From a bacterium (GTDB lineage: Bacteria > Cyanobacteriota > Vampirovibrionia > Gastranaerophilales > Gastranaerophilaceae): a DNA stretch of 64,000 nucleotides. This document shows, one piece after another, positions 45,946 through 56,046 of this stretch (its first letter is position 1; each line of letters starts with the position of its first letter). The translations under genes were made by a program, and so were the position numbers. The DNA lies in contig JAGCBH010000025.1 of NCBI GenBank assembly GCA_017652265.1, forward strand, positions 1,314-65,313, in the 5' to 3' direction. A model generated the notes under the pieces. The model had not been told where the DNA came from, ran no database searches, and saw only the letters and a list, made by a program, of their open reading frames with translations.

Positions 45946-47085
45946 ATGGAAAAAACTTTAAATTTAAAAAATAATCTTGAGAAAATAGAAATTGATTATT
46001 TTACTGCAAATCTCCCTGATTTAAAAAATATTTCGGAATCCAAGGCTGTTGTGATAGGCAAGTGGCTTTCAAAGGCTATTGATGACGGGTTTAAAGCACA
46101 GGAAATAAAGAACGGACAGCTGCTTCCTACTAAAGCGGAATTTGCATACAGGCTGGGTGTCAGTATCGGGACTGTTCAGAATGCGCTTAAATATTGCTCA
46201 GATTGCGGTTGCATTGATGCAAAGCCTTGTATGGGAACGGTTGCCAAAGATAAAAATTCTCCGAAAATCTTTAATCAGAAAGTTTATTCCAAGCGTGATG
46301 CGGTTATCGTTGAGGTGAAAAATTACATCAAAACTGAAAAATTTAGAGAAGGTGATAATATTTCAACACCTCAAAATATCGCAAAAATCATTAACAGGCC
46401 GGTTAATACTGTGCGTCAGGCTTTGGAAAATCTTTGTACGCAGGGTATTTTAAAACATATTTACAGAAACAGTTCAGGTAAAACCGGCTGGTATCTGATA
46501 TCAGGTAATTTTGATAAAGAAACTCAGCTTCCTGAGATGCAGACACTTGTTGAAAAAACTGTCAGCGAATTAAAAGAATACATCACAAAACACTACAAAA
46601 AAGGCGAAAAAATATATTCTCATGCGGAATTTTCGCAAATATTAAATGTAAGTATGAGCACTATTCATGCAGCTTTTAAAGTGTTATGTGATGAAGGTAT
46701 ACTAAGAGCAAGGCGAGGTCAGTACGGGACTACTGTGTTAAGAATGCCTGATGAAAAAATATCGGTTCGGCCGGAAATGTCAATATTTGCACCGGCTTTA
46801 GAGGCTCAGGAATATTATTACCAAAAAATTCAGTCACAAATAAAGAAAATAATTTCAAAAGATTATGAAATCGGGGATAAACTTCCTCCTATTACTACTC
46901 TTGCTCAAATGCTTGAAATAAGCCCAAATACTGTGAGAAAGGCACTTGTTAAAATAACTGAAGAAGGCTATGTTAAATCGTTAAGAGGAAGATATGGCGG
47001 AACTGTTGTAACGGATATTCCTGAAGAAGAAGGTCAAAGTTTCCGCTGGCTTGCCGTAAATCCTAAATATGCTCTGAAAAAATAA
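45946..47085 (+). CDS. protein composed of four tandem GntR-type winged-HTH modules
   Basis: Four GntR-like recognition units: AEFAYRLGVSIGTVQNALKYCSDCGCI, IAKIINRPVNTVRQALENLCTQGIL, AEFSQILNVSMSTIHAAFKVLCDEGIL, TLAQMLEISPNTVRKALVKITEEGYV. No effector domain. ATG 45946 is 8 nt after GAGGTGA. Confidence 0.7.
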   Translation: MEKTLNLKNNLEKIEIDYFTANLPDLKNISESKAVVIGKWLSKAIDDGFKAQEIKNGQLLPTKAEFAYRLGVSIGTVQNALKYCSDCGCIDAKPCMGTVAKDKNSPKIFNQKVYSKRDAVIVEVKNYIKTEKFREGDNISTPQNIAKIINRPVNTVRQALENLCTQGILKHIYRNSSGKTGWYLISGNFDKETQLPEMQTLVEKTVSELKEYITKHYKKGEKIYSHAEFSQILNVSMSTIHAAFKVLCDEGILRARRGQYGTTVLRMPDEKISVRPEMSIFAPALEAQEYYYQKIQSQIKKIISKDYEIGDKLPPITTLAQMLEISPNTVRKALVKITEEGYVKSLRGRYGGTVVTDIPEEEGQSFRWLAVNPKYALKK

Positions 47086-47137
47086 GTGATTTTAAAATTT
47101 CTTCACAGATAAAGTGTTGTCATTATTTTATGATAAA

Positions 47138-47737
47138 ATGTTCTGTATGAAGTGGCAGAGTTTTTCAGGCAAGCAAAAGGCATATATAATTTCGATAAGT
47201 TTGGTTATCGTCATTTTGTTGTGGTCTTTTTTTTCTGCCAAGATTTTAACCTCTCAATTAAACCGCAAGGAACTTGCTGAGGGCGGTGATAATAAGCAGG
47301 CGGTTGTAGAGGGTGTTATTCTGACCGAAACAAAAAATCAGGTTAAATACTGGGAATTATATGCAGAAAACGGTACGTATAACAGCAAGGATGATGTAGC
47401 TTCGCTGAATGATGTAAATGCTAATTTTTACAAAGATAATCAGGTATCAATGAGTATTCAGTCATCACAGGGAGCTTATGATTCCAGAAACGGTACAATA
47501 ACTTTATTTGATGACACTTATGTCGTTATAAAAGACGGTTTAACTCTGAGTGCTGATAAACTTGTCTGGAGCGGAAGCAATAAACCGATTTTTGCGTATG
47601 GACATGTTATAATAACGAAAGGTGCTGAATTTATGGCAAGCGCCGATGAAATTGAAATAAGTGCTGAGTATGATAATATTAAAATAAAAGGAAATACAAC
47701 TTCAAAAGTTTTTAACAGGAGCGGAAATGGGAAATAA
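47138..47737 (+). CDS. lptC: LptC-like LPS export protein
   Basis: N-terminal TM anchor (AYIISISLVIVILLWSFF) and OstA-like beta-jellyroll sequence. Overlaps the lptA-like gene. Start uncertain (GTG 47114, ATG 47138 or ATG 47147). Confidence 0.55.
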   Translation: MFCMKWQSFSGKQKAYIISISLVIVILLWSFFSAKILTSQLNRKELAEGGDNKQAVVEGVILTETKNQVKYWELYAENGTYNSKDDVASLNDVNANFYKDNQVSMSIQSSQGAYDSRNGTITLFDDTYVVIKDGLTLSADKLVWSGSNKPIFAYGHVIITKGAEFMASADEIEISAEYDNIKIKGNTTSKVFNRSGNGK

Positions 47738-48713
47738 AAGAATATTAGGCTATGTTTTATTATCTGGTATGATTTTGGCAGGGTTGCATTGTGCAATTGC
47801 ATCGGATTTAATTATAGAATCCAAAACACAGTCATATGCCGAAAATGAAAGTAAAATACGTTTTGAGGGTGATGTTGATGTAACAATTGACGATTTGCAC
47901 GTAGTTAGCGATACGGCGGATGTATCTGTTGTTAACGGCGATAAACTGGATACCGCAACCTTTTATGATAAACCCTATGCGTATCAGAATAAAGCCAATA
48001 AAAAACGTGAAGTAAAAGCCAACATTATAAAAGTTTCTCTCATAAAGAAAACAGTTAAAGCGGTCGGTGATACTCAGACCATAATATTTGACGGTAAAAC
48101 TCCAATTGCCGTTGTTAATGCTGATGAACAGGAATATAATTCTAAATCAGATGTCATGACGGCACAGGGTAACGTTACAATTGACTATAAAGAGACAAAA
48201 GCCTTTTCCGATTACGCAGAATTTATAACAGATAAAGACGGTAATATCAAAAATATTTTGTTGACCGGTAATGCTATTGTCAAAGATGATGAAAATGAAG
48301 TTTCTGCAGATAAAATTACATATAACGCTTCAAATCATATGTTTACCGCTATCGGCAGAACTCATACCAAAACAATAAACAGTGAAGGCAATGTTTTGAA
48401 CCTGTATTCGGATCGCCAGGAGCTTAATCAGCTCACTAATTTCTACAATGCATCCGGAAATTGCAATGTGTATTATGAAGATTATTTTGCTCATGGCCCT
48501 AAAATTGTTATTTATCCGGATAAAAAGACAAACAAGCCTAATGAAATTTATTTTGTCGGGCGTTCAAGTATAACGCAGGGGCCAAGAACCATTTTTGCCG
48601 ATAAAATTATGATTATAACGAATCCGAAAAACTTTAAAGCTGAAGGTAATACAAGAACGGTTATAAAAAATGTCGGCAATTCCGGTGATACAAATATGGG
48701 GCTGGGGTTATAA
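47727..48713 (+). CDS. lptA: LptA/OstA-domain periplasmic protein (long form)
   Basis: Signal peptide. Repeated OstA-type strands (ADxxxY...GNVxI...). 328 aa. RBS AGGAGCGGA. Confidence 0.6.
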   Translation: MGNKRILGYVLLSGMILAGLHCAIASDLIIESKTQSYAENESKIRFEGDVDVTIDDLHVVSDTADVSVVNGDKLDTATFYDKPYAYQNKANKKREVKANIIKVSLIKKTVKAVGDTQTIIFDGKTPIAVVNADEQEYNSKSDVMTAQGNVTIDYKETKAFSDYAEFITDKDGNIKNILLTGNAIVKDDENEVSADKITYNASNHMFTAIGRTHTKTINSEGNVLNLYSDRQELNQLTNFYNASGNCNVYYEDYFAHGPKIVIYPDKKTNKPNEIYFVGRSSITQGPRTIFADKIMIITNPKNFKAEGNTRTVIKNVGNSGDTNMGLGL

Positions 48714-48715
48714 AA

Positions 48716-49489
48716 ATGAACAAAAAAATTGATGAAGCCGTTGATTTATACAATAAGCACGAATACCAAAAAGCAATAGATATTTTTTCGCAGGTGCTTG
48801 AAACAGTAGAGGACAGTGCAGAAATTTATAATAATATTGCGACCTGTTATCTGCAACTGGGTGATTATGATAAAGCGGAAAAGCATTATTTAAAGGCTCA
48901 GTCTTTAAATCCGAAATTACCTCAGGTTTATATAAACCTTGCGGATATTTACTATAAACGCGGAGATATGGAAAGCGGAATTCAGCTGATGTCGCAGGGT
49001 ATTTATGAATTGCCTGAGGATATGGCATTACGTCATTATCTTGCAAGATTTTATATGGAAGATGCCCGACTTGATATGGCAATTGATGAACTTTATAAAA
49101 TTTTGGATGAGCAACCTGATAATTATGATGCTTATTATGATTTGGCAAGAGTAAATTTTGAACTGGGAAATTATGATGTTGCCATTGAAAACTATGAAAA
49201 TGTATTGCGTTATAAGGAAAATGAGTGGCTGCATTATTATCTGGCAGAGGCTTATGAGGCGAACAACGAAGTAGATAAAGCTATTTCAAATTACTTAAAG
49301 GCAATTGCCATAAAATCGGATTTCATTCCGGCATATAAAAAAGTCGCTATTTTATTTTTGGCACGAGGGGATAAAGATGATGCCGTTGAATATTTTGAGG
49401 ATTATATTTCAATGGATATTCCGCAGGATGAAAAAGATCAAATCAGTCTGCTTATAGAGAGGATTAAAGGTGCAAATGTCCAAAAGTAA
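48716..49489 (+). CDS. TPR-repeat protein
   Basis: Multiple 34-aa TPR units (Y-N-x-A-x-x-Y-x-x-x-G-x-Y-x-x-A). Confidence 0.8.
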   Translation: MNKKIDEAVDLYNKHEYQKAIDIFSQVLETVEDSAEIYNNIATCYLQLGDYDKAEKHYLKAQSLNPKLPQVYINLADIYYKRGDMESGIQLMSQGIYELPEDMALRHYLARFYMEDARLDMAIDELYKILDEQPDNYDAYYDLARVNFELGNYDVAIENYENVLRYKENEWLHYYLAEAYEANNEVDKAISNYLKAIAIKSDFIPAYKKVAILFLARGDKDDAVEYFEDYISMDIPQDEKDQISLLIERIKGANVQK

Positions 49490-50570
49490 ATATTGGATTG
49501 CTTTTTCTTCAATTGAAAATATTGACAGTGAATTTGTACTTAGGCTTTATAATTATTTTGGGGATATTGAACTTGCGTTTAACGCGGATGAGGCTGAATT
49601 TAAAAATATTGACGGTTTAAGTATAAAACGGGCTGAAAACTTTATTAAAGCCCGAAAAAATCTCAACGCAGAAGAGAAGTTTGATCTTGTCCAAAAGCGT
49701 GGTATTGATTTTTTAACCTATGATGATGAAAGATATCCGAAACTGCTGAAAGAAATCTATAATCCTCCTGCTGTTTTGTATTTTAAAGGGAATTTAGATA
49801 GGGTTAATTTTAACAGAACTCTTGCTGTAGTAGGCTCGAGAAAGGCTTCAACTTATTCAAAAGATGCACTGAAAAAAGTTATTTCAGGTCTTGCAAATAC
49901 AGATGTTACAATAGTATCCGGTTTAGCATCGGGAATAGATTCTGCTGCCCATCAACATGCAATAGAAAACGGTTTAACGACTGTAGGCGTTATTGCAAGC
50001 GGGTTTGATTATACGTATCCCGCTTCAAATAAACATCTTTATGAGCAGATAGAAAAAGAAAACGGTGTTATTTTTACCGAATATTATCCGACATTTGAAC
50101 CCCTGAAATATCGTTTCCCGCAGAGAAACAGAATTGTATCGGGATTATCTTATGGAACTCTTGTAGCGGAAGCTTCTATAAAAAGCGGTGCATTAATCAC
50201 GGCTAATTTGACGCTTGAACAGGGAAGAGAATTGATGTGTATCCCGGGACTTATTACAAATCCGAATACGGAGGGTATTTATAAACTGATTAAAAACGGA
50301 GCTGTAATTGTAACTGAGACGGAAGATATTTTATCCGCTTTAGGCTGGCAGATTGAAGGCCAGTTAGGATTAAAACTTGCATCTGCACCTGAATTATCTG
50401 ATACTGAAACTAAAATTTTTGAGGCTTTGGCAATTGAAGAAAAGACTTTTGATGAAATTCAGGCAGAAACAGGGATAGATACGGATGCGCTTTTAACTGA
50501 CTTGACAATGCTTGAACTTAAAGGGATAATCAAAAAGGTCGGCGGGGATAGTTATAGGAAAGAAGTTTAG
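49476..50570 (+). CDS. dprA: DNA-processing protein DprA
   Basis: VGSRKAS...GLASGIDSAAH Rossmann-like DprA core and a C-terminal winged-helix. ATG 49476 follows AAAGG; the ORF track starts at GTG 49470. Confidence 0.9.
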   Translation: MSKSKYWIAFSSIENIDSEFVLRLYNYFGDIELAFNADEAEFKNIDGLSIKRAENFIKARKNLNAEEKFDLVQKRGIDFLTYDDERYPKLLKEIYNPPAVLYFKGNLDRVNFNRTLAVVGSRKASTYSKDALKKVISGLANTDVTIVSGLASGIDSAAHQHAIENGLTTVGVIASGFDYTYPASNKHLYEQIEKENGVIFTEYYPTFEPLKYRFPQRNRIVSGLSYGTLVAEASIKSGALITANLTLEQGRELMCIPGLITNPNTEGIYKLIKNGAVIVTETEDILSALGWQIEGQLGLKLASAPELSDTETKIFEALAIEEKTFDEIQAETGIDTDALLTDLTMLELKGIIKKVGGDSYRKEV

Positions 50571-50584
50571 TAAGAAGGTACAAA

Positions 50585-52885
50585 TTGGCTGAAACAAAAG
50601 AGAGTGCAAAAAAGGGCAAAGCATTATTAATAGTTGAGTCTCCTGCAAAATCCAAGACCATAAAAAAGATTTTGGGTGACAGTTTTCAGATAGAGGCAAG
50701 TTACGGGCATGTCCGAAATTTACCGACAAATACTCTTGGTTTTGATGTTAATAACGGGTTTAAACCGACATTTGAAATAATTCCCGAAAAGCGTGCTGTC
50801 GTTAAAAAACTGAATGATTTGGCAAAAAAAGCGGATAAAGTTTATCTTGCATCCGACCCTGACCGTGAGGGAGAAGCGATAGCGTGGCATGTTCGTCAAT
50901 TATTAGACATTCCAGAAAACAAAATTTTCCGTATTGAATTTAACGAAATTACTCCAAAGGCGGTAAAATATGCGGTTGAAAATTCCAGAACAATAGATAT
51001 GGATATGGTTCAGGCTCAGCAGACACGCCAAATCTTAGATAAACTTGTAGGTTATAAATTGAGTCCTATTCTATGGCAAAAACTGGGTAACAGACACCTT
51101 TCGGCCGGTCGTGTTCAGTCTGTTGCACTCCGTATGATTTGTGAACGTGAAGAAGAAATTGAGGCATTCGTTCCTGTTGAATACTGGTCAATTTCTGCTG
51201 ATATGACAAATCCGTCAGGGCAGCAATTCAGCGCAGAACTTACTAAATGTAAAGACAAAAAAATTGAAATTAAAAATCAGGCAGAAGCAGATAAAATTGT
51301 TCAATATCTGCAAAATCCGTCACTAAATTATGAAGTAACAAAAGTTACCAATAAAGAAACGAAACGAAAACCGACTGCGCCTTTTATAACTTCAACTCTT
51401 CAGAGAGAAGCAAGCTCGAAACTGGGTTACGGGGTTGAGCGTACAATGCAGATTGCTCAAAAATTGTATGAAGGTATTGAACTTGAAAACGGTGCGGTTG
51501 GTCTTATTACTTATATGAGAACCGATAGTGTAAGAATTTCGGATGATGCTCAAAATGCCGCAAAAGATTTTATATTGAAGAATTATGGTGAAAAATATTA
51601 TCCTGAAACTCCGAATGTTTATGTCAAAGGCAAGCAAAATGTTCAGGATGCACACGAAGCCATAAGACCGTCTTACCCAGAGCGGACACCTGAAAGTATT
51701 AAACAGTATTTATCTGCTGAACAATACAAACTTTATAAGCTTATATGGAACAAGTTTATGTCCAGCCAGATGGCTAATGCTATTGTGGCAAATAAGACAG
51801 TTGAAATATCTGCCGGCGATTATACATTCAGAACAGGTACAAGTAAAATAACTTTTGATGGTTTTCTGAAACTTTATAACGATTCAGAAGAAGATGATGC
51901 CGATATGGCAAACAAAATGCCTGATTTGAATAAAGGTGACAAATGTGAACTTAAAAAGCTTGATCCTAAACAGCATTTCACTCAACCGCCTCCAAGATAT
52001 TCAGAAGCTACGTTAGTTAAGGCGCTTGAAGAGTATGGTATAGGCAGACCTTCAACTTATGCGTCTATTATTACCAAAATTCAAACAAGAGGGTATGTTG
52101 ATAAGAAAGATAAGGCGCTTTTCCCGACACTTTTAGGCAGAACTGTTTCAAAACAGCTTGTTGCACAGTTTCCTGAAATTATGGATTATAAATTTACTGC
52201 CGGCATGGAAACGAAACTTGATAATATAGCTGAGAAAAAACTTATATGGAATAAAGTTTTGCAGGAGTTTTATGACAGATTTATGCCGACTGTTCTTGAA
52301 GCGGTAAAAGATACAGGGCGTATAACAATTGAAACAAAGGTTGTATGTCCGAATTGCGGCCGCCCTATGGCTCTGAGAACAAGTAAAACAGGTCAGCAGT
52401 TCTTAGGCTGCACGGGGTATCCGGAATGTAAGACGATTTTATCTATGAATGTTTTGGCCGAAATGGAACAAACCGGTGAGACTCAGCCTTCTAATAAACC
52501 TCAGGAATTGGAAGAAAAATGTACGAAATGCGGCGGCTCATTAGTATTGAAATCCGGGCCTTACGGCAAATATACCGAATGTACTGAATGCAAGGACAGA
52601 AAACCTTATCACCGCTCAACCGGTGTTAAATGTCCTAAATGCGGAGAGGGTGTTATTGAAGAAAAAAGATCCAAAAAAGGTTTAATTTTCTTTGGCTGCA
52701 GCAAGTATCCCGATTGCGATTTTGTACTCTGGAACGAACCGACCGGGGATGTCTGTCCTGAATGCGGTGCACTGCTCGTTAAACGCGAAACTCAAAAAGG
52801 AACAGTGATTTCCTGCTCAAATCGTTCGTGTATTCATAAACAGCAATTAATTCCTAAGGAGGAAGCTGAAGATCAGCAGGCTTAA
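50585..52885 (+). CDS. topA: DNA topoisomerase I
   Basis: TOPRIM LLIVESPAK and DPDREGE, catalytic-Tyr block TYMRTDS, four C-terminal C4 zinc ribbons. TTG start with RBS AAGAAGG. Confidence 0.95.
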   Translation: MAETKESAKKGKALLIVESPAKSKTIKKILGDSFQIEASYGHVRNLPTNTLGFDVNNGFKPTFEIIPEKRAVVKKLNDLAKKADKVYLASDPDREGEAIAWHVRQLLDIPENKIFRIEFNEITPKAVKYAVENSRTIDMDMVQAQQTRQILDKLVGYKLSPILWQKLGNRHLSAGRVQSVALRMICEREEEIEAFVPVEYWSISADMTNPSGQQFSAELTKCKDKKIEIKNQAEADKIVQYLQNPSLNYEVTKVTNKETKRKPTAPFITSTLQREASSKLGYGVERTMQIAQKLYEGIELENGAVGLITYMRTDSVRISDDAQNAAKDFILKNYGEKYYPETPNVYVKGKQNVQDAHEAIRPSYPERTPESIKQYLSAEQYKLYKLIWNKFMSSQMANAIVANKTVEISAGDYTFRTGTSKITFDGFLKLYNDSEEDDADMANKMPDLNKGDKCELKKLDPKQHFTQPPPRYSEATLVKALEEYGIGRPSTYASIITKIQTRGYVDKKDKALFPTLLGRTVSKQLVAQFPEIMDYKFTAGMETKLDNIAEKKLIWNKVLQEFYDRFMPTVLEAVKDTGRITIETKVVCPNCGRPMALRTSKTGQQFLGCTGYPECKTILSMNVLAEMEQTGETQPSNKPQELEEKCTKCGGSLVLKSGPYGKYTECTECKDRKPYHRSTGVKCPKCGEGVIEEKRSKKGLIFFGCSKYPDCDFVLWNEPTGDVCPECGALLVKRETQKGTVISCSNRSCIHKQQLIPKEEAEDQQA

Positions 52886-53490
52886 CTTTGTAATTTACTG
52901 TAAATAAGTTCTATGAATTTTTCTGTAGCCCTTGCAACATCATCAAGCCTGTTATTGTTATCTATGTTATGGCGCAGAACTTTAGGATTTTCTACAACTT
53001 CACTCAGATATTCTCTTTTCCAGTATTCATGATTGTTAAAATTAAAATATTTATTTATAATTTCATACGCTTTAATTAAAAAATCTTTTTGTTTGCTGAC
53101 TTCTTCAAGAGTTTGACCGTGTGTGAGTTCGTAAAATGCGGCATATTGCCCTGAGCGGTGTCTCCCTGAACGACAATGAACAAGGGTATTGTTTCCTTTT
53201 CTGCGATTTTCTTCAATGGCTTTTGATACCTTTTCAAAATCTTCTAATTTAGGAAATTCATCATGTTTAAAAGAAAATGGCATTCTGTGATATTCTATTC
53301 CAAATACTTTACTTAAAACTCTTTCAAGTGCTTTGTGGTGCAAATCATCACCAACGCGATGGCGAAAATCATAAATCAAAGTTACGTCCCACTCTTTTTT
53401 CAGGCTGTAAATTTGCCTGAAATTCGGACGCGAACTTTTTATCAAGCCCGGGGTAATATATTTAAATGTAGCATATTGTGGTGCTTTCAT
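52882..53490 (-). CDS. protein-tyrosine / atypical dual-specificity phosphatase-like (CX5R)
   Basis: P-loop VHCRSGRHRSG (HCX5R[ST]). 202 aa. Start lies 1 nt after the stop of the upstream gene. Confidence 0.7.
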   Translation of the reverse strand: MKAPQYATFKYITPGLIKSSRPNFRQIYSLKKEWDVTLIYDFRHRVGDDLHHKALERVLSKVFGIEYHRMPFSFKHDEFPKLEDFEKVSKAIEENRRKGNNTLVHCRSGRHRSGQYAAFYELTHGQTLEEVSKQKDFLIKAYEIINKYFNFNNHEYWKREYLSEVVENPKVLRHNIDNNNRLDDVARATEKFIELIYSKLQS

Positions 53491-53491
53491 A

Positions 53492-54151
53492 TTAGTTGTG
53501 ACCCAATTCCTTATCCATTTTTATAAAAAATTCTGCCCATTCTTTTTCAGTCCTGGCTACACCAGGTCCGTTAGGATCGGCTTGGGGTGGTGTTTCTAAC
53601 ACATCACGTACACTGCGTAACAGTTTTCTGCGCTTAGTTAGTTCTTGATATGAATTTGCTTTTTTGTAATTGCGGTCAAGAAGTTTTACAAATTCGGAAT
53701 ATGCCTCACAAACAGTTGTTTTTAAAAAGTCAAAATAGGATTCTTCGCTGCCTGTTTTAAATAAATCAAATATTTTGTTCCATTCTTTTGCAACTTTCTT
53801 TTCATCAAGGCATATCGGCTCCATAAGTTCTTCAAAGCTTTTTCTTAAGCATATAAAATCTTTGTCCACGATGAATCCGCCGTTTTGTTCACATTCAGTA
53901 AAATGTTTGCCGGGATCAAATTCAAATAATTTAAATCTGTATAATTTCCCGTTTGGCATTGATAATACCGGCTGGCCTTTTGCATCAATGATAAAATGAA
54001 AATCCGTAATAGGAGCTAATTCTTTTTTTATTTTATCAATGGTTTCAAGCCTTTGAGTAGAAAGCTTTTCAAGCTTTTCAGCTGGCAATAAAATCTTCAT
54101 TTGACCAAAATTCGGATTTTGATTTTGGCTTTGAATCGGACTTACGTTCAT
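53492..54151 (-). CDS. hypothetical protein (219 aa) cotranscribed with the phosphatase
   Basis: RBS AGGAGAAG. N-terminus MNVSPIQSQNQNPNFGQMK. No recognisable domain. Confidence 0.6.
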   Translation of the reverse strand: MNVSPIQSQNQNPNFGQMKILLPAEKLEKLSTQRLETIDKIKKELAPITDFHFIIDAKGQPVLSMPNGKLYRFKLFEFDPGKHFTECEQNGGFIVDKDFICLRKSFEELMEPICLDEKKVAKEWNKIFDLFKTGSEESYFDFLKTTVCEAYSEFVKLLDRNYKKANSYQELTKRRKLLRSVRDVLETPPQADPNGPGVARTEKEWAEFFIKMDKELGHN

Positions 54152-54210
54152 TTCTTCTCCTAACTGATTATTAGTTTCTTTGATAGTTTTAAAATTCAGA
54201 CAAAAAAAAA

Positions 54211-54261
54211 TTTGCCAAAATTGCTGTTGTAGTGTTACATTTTTTAAATTTTGCCAAAATT
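54211..54261 (+). repeat. direct 12-nt repeat TTTGCCAAAATT x2
   Basis: Copies at 54211-54222 and 54250-54261, 39 nt apart, in the divergent intergenic region. Each contains a TTGCCA -35-like hexamer. Confidence 0.6.
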
Positions 54262-54279
54262 CGGATTTTTATTTATAAT
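54251..54279 (+). promoter_or_regulatory. sigma-70 promoter of aroE
   Basis: TTGCCA (54251-54256), 17 nt, TATAAT (54274-54279). RBS GAGGAG before ATG 54303. Confidence 0.6.
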
Positions 54280-54302
54280 TAAAGTCAGAAAGTTGAGGAG
54301 AA

Positions 54303-55166
54303 ATGCTTAAATTTGCGCTAATTGGTTATCCGCTTGGTCATTCTGTTTCGAAAGAAATCCATGAAGCAGGGTTCAAGTCACTTGGAGTTGATGCTTCTTA
54401 CGAATTATTAGAAGTGGTGGAGGAGAATTTTATTGAAGCGGTTAAGTATTTAAAGTCAAATACTTATTCGGGCTTTAATGTAACAATTCCGTATAAAGTT
54501 AAAATAGCAATGTTTACGGATGAATTTGATAAAAATGCAGATATGGCAGGAGCGGTTAATACCATTAAACTCAATTACGGAGGCGGATTTTCAGGCTATA
54601 ATACGGATATTGAAGGCTTTTTGCGGGCAATACCTGATTCTTCTCTTCTTTATGATGCTAATGCCACAATTATCGGTACGGGCGGTGCCGCAAGAGCGGT
54701 TACGATAGGATGTATTAAAGCGGGTGTCAAAAAAATAGATTTTTATACCAGAAATATCCCGAATGCGCTTGAATTTGTTAATTATTTCCGTAATTTATCT
54801 CCCAATACAGAGTTTGTACTTAATCAGATTGAAACATTGAGCGATTTATCAGATACGGATATGCTCGTAAATGCCACTCCCGTCGGGATGAAGGGGCATA
54901 GCGCAGACAGTATGCCGATAAGTAGTGATGTTTTGGCTACAATGAAAAAGGATTCTCTGGTCTATGATTTGGTTTATAATCCGACCGAAACACTTTTACT
55001 GAAAACCGCACAAAAATTGGGTTTAAATGTGATAAGCGGTTTGGATATGCTTGTTTATCAAGCTGTTGAAGCGCAAATAATATGGTTTGGCAAGGTGCCT
55101 GAATTTAGTTCAATGAAAAGTGCCGCTGAAAAATCTTTAAATCGTTACGAAATTGATTTTATGTAA
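54303..55166 (+). CDS. aroE: shikimate dehydrogenase
   Basis: IGYPLGHSVSKEIHEA, NVTIPYK, GTGGAARAV motifs. Confidence 0.9.
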   Translation: MLKFALIGYPLGHSVSKEIHEAGFKSLGVDASYELLEVVEENFIEAVKYLKSNTYSGFNVTIPYKVKIAMFTDEFDKNADMAGAVNTIKLNYGGGFSGYNTDIEGFLRAIPDSSLLYDANATIIGTGGAARAVTIGCIKAGVKKIDFYTRNIPNALEFVNYFRNLSPNTEFVLNQIETLSDLSDTDMLVNATPVGMKGHSADSMPISSDVLATMKKDSLVYDLVYNPTETLLLKTAQKLGLNVISGLDMLVYQAVEAQIIWFGKVPEFSSMKSAAEKSLNRYEIDFM

Positions 55167-56046
55167 AGTGCTTATAACTCATATTTTCAACATCTTTTGC
55201 TGAAAATAGTCGGTTTTTTATAAAGACTCCTGAGCCCTTTTTTACTTCACCGATTACCGTCATATCTTTTGTCGGTTTATCAACTGTTGCTATAAGACCA
55301 TAATCTTCCCCGCCGAAAAGAACACGTTCTTCCCAGTTTTCAAACTCTTTAACTTCTTTTTCAATAGGGATTTTACTGAAATTAATATCCAATAAAACTC
55401 CGCTCTGTTCGGCTATTTGGCTTAATCCGTCCATTAAACCGTCAGATGTATCAATCATTGCGTAGGGAGATTTTTGTGATGAGGCAATCTTTATTGAAAA
55501 TTCAGTTTGCGGTTCAGGTTCAAGATGAGCTTTTATAAGGTTTTCAGGGCTTGTTTTTCCGCTTTTTAAAAGCATTAATCCTGTTGCACTTGAGCCGTGA
55601 TAGCCTGAAATTACAACCTTCTGCCCGATATTTGCATTTTTTCTTGAACTTATGTTTCTTCCTTTTGTTTTACCAATGATAGAGGCGCTTATGTATATTT
55701 TATCGGCTTTTGTTAAGTCACCGCCGACTATTTTTAACGACTTATATACTGAGTTTAGCCCTTTATAAAATTCTTTTATAAAGGATTTTTCTGTATGAGC
55801 CGGTAGTGAAAGGCTTACTGTCATATATGCAGGTTCTGCGCCAGAAGCGCATATGTCCGATATATTAACGGCTGCGGTTTTTCGCCCCAGACTGTAAGGG
55901 GTAATTTTATCACGCAAAAAATGGACATCTTCAACCAGGCTGTCTTGTGAAATAACTATCCCCAAATCTCTTAAGTATGCGCAGTCATCCCCTATATATT
56001 CGGAATTTAGTGTAGATTTTATCAGTTTTATAAATTCTTTTTCCAT
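55159..56046 (-). CDS. thiL: thiamine-monophosphate kinase
   Basis: IGDDCAYL and DTSDGL motifs. AIR-synthase-like fold length (295 aa). Confidence 0.85.
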   Translation of the reverse strand: MEKEFIKLIKSTLNSEYIGDDCAYLRDLGIVISQDSLVEDVHFLRDKITPYSLGRKTAAVNISDICASGAEPAYMTVSLSLPAHTEKSFIKEFYKGLNSVYKSLKIVGGDLTKADKIYISASIIGKTKGRNISSRKNANIGQKVVISGYHGSSATGLMLLKSGKTSPENLIKAHLEPEPQTEFSIKIASSQKSPYAMIDTSDGLMDGLSQIAEQSGVLLDINFSKIPIEKEVKEFENWEERVLFGGEDYGLIATVDKPTKDMTVIGEVKKGSGVFIKNRLFSAKDVENMSYKHFT

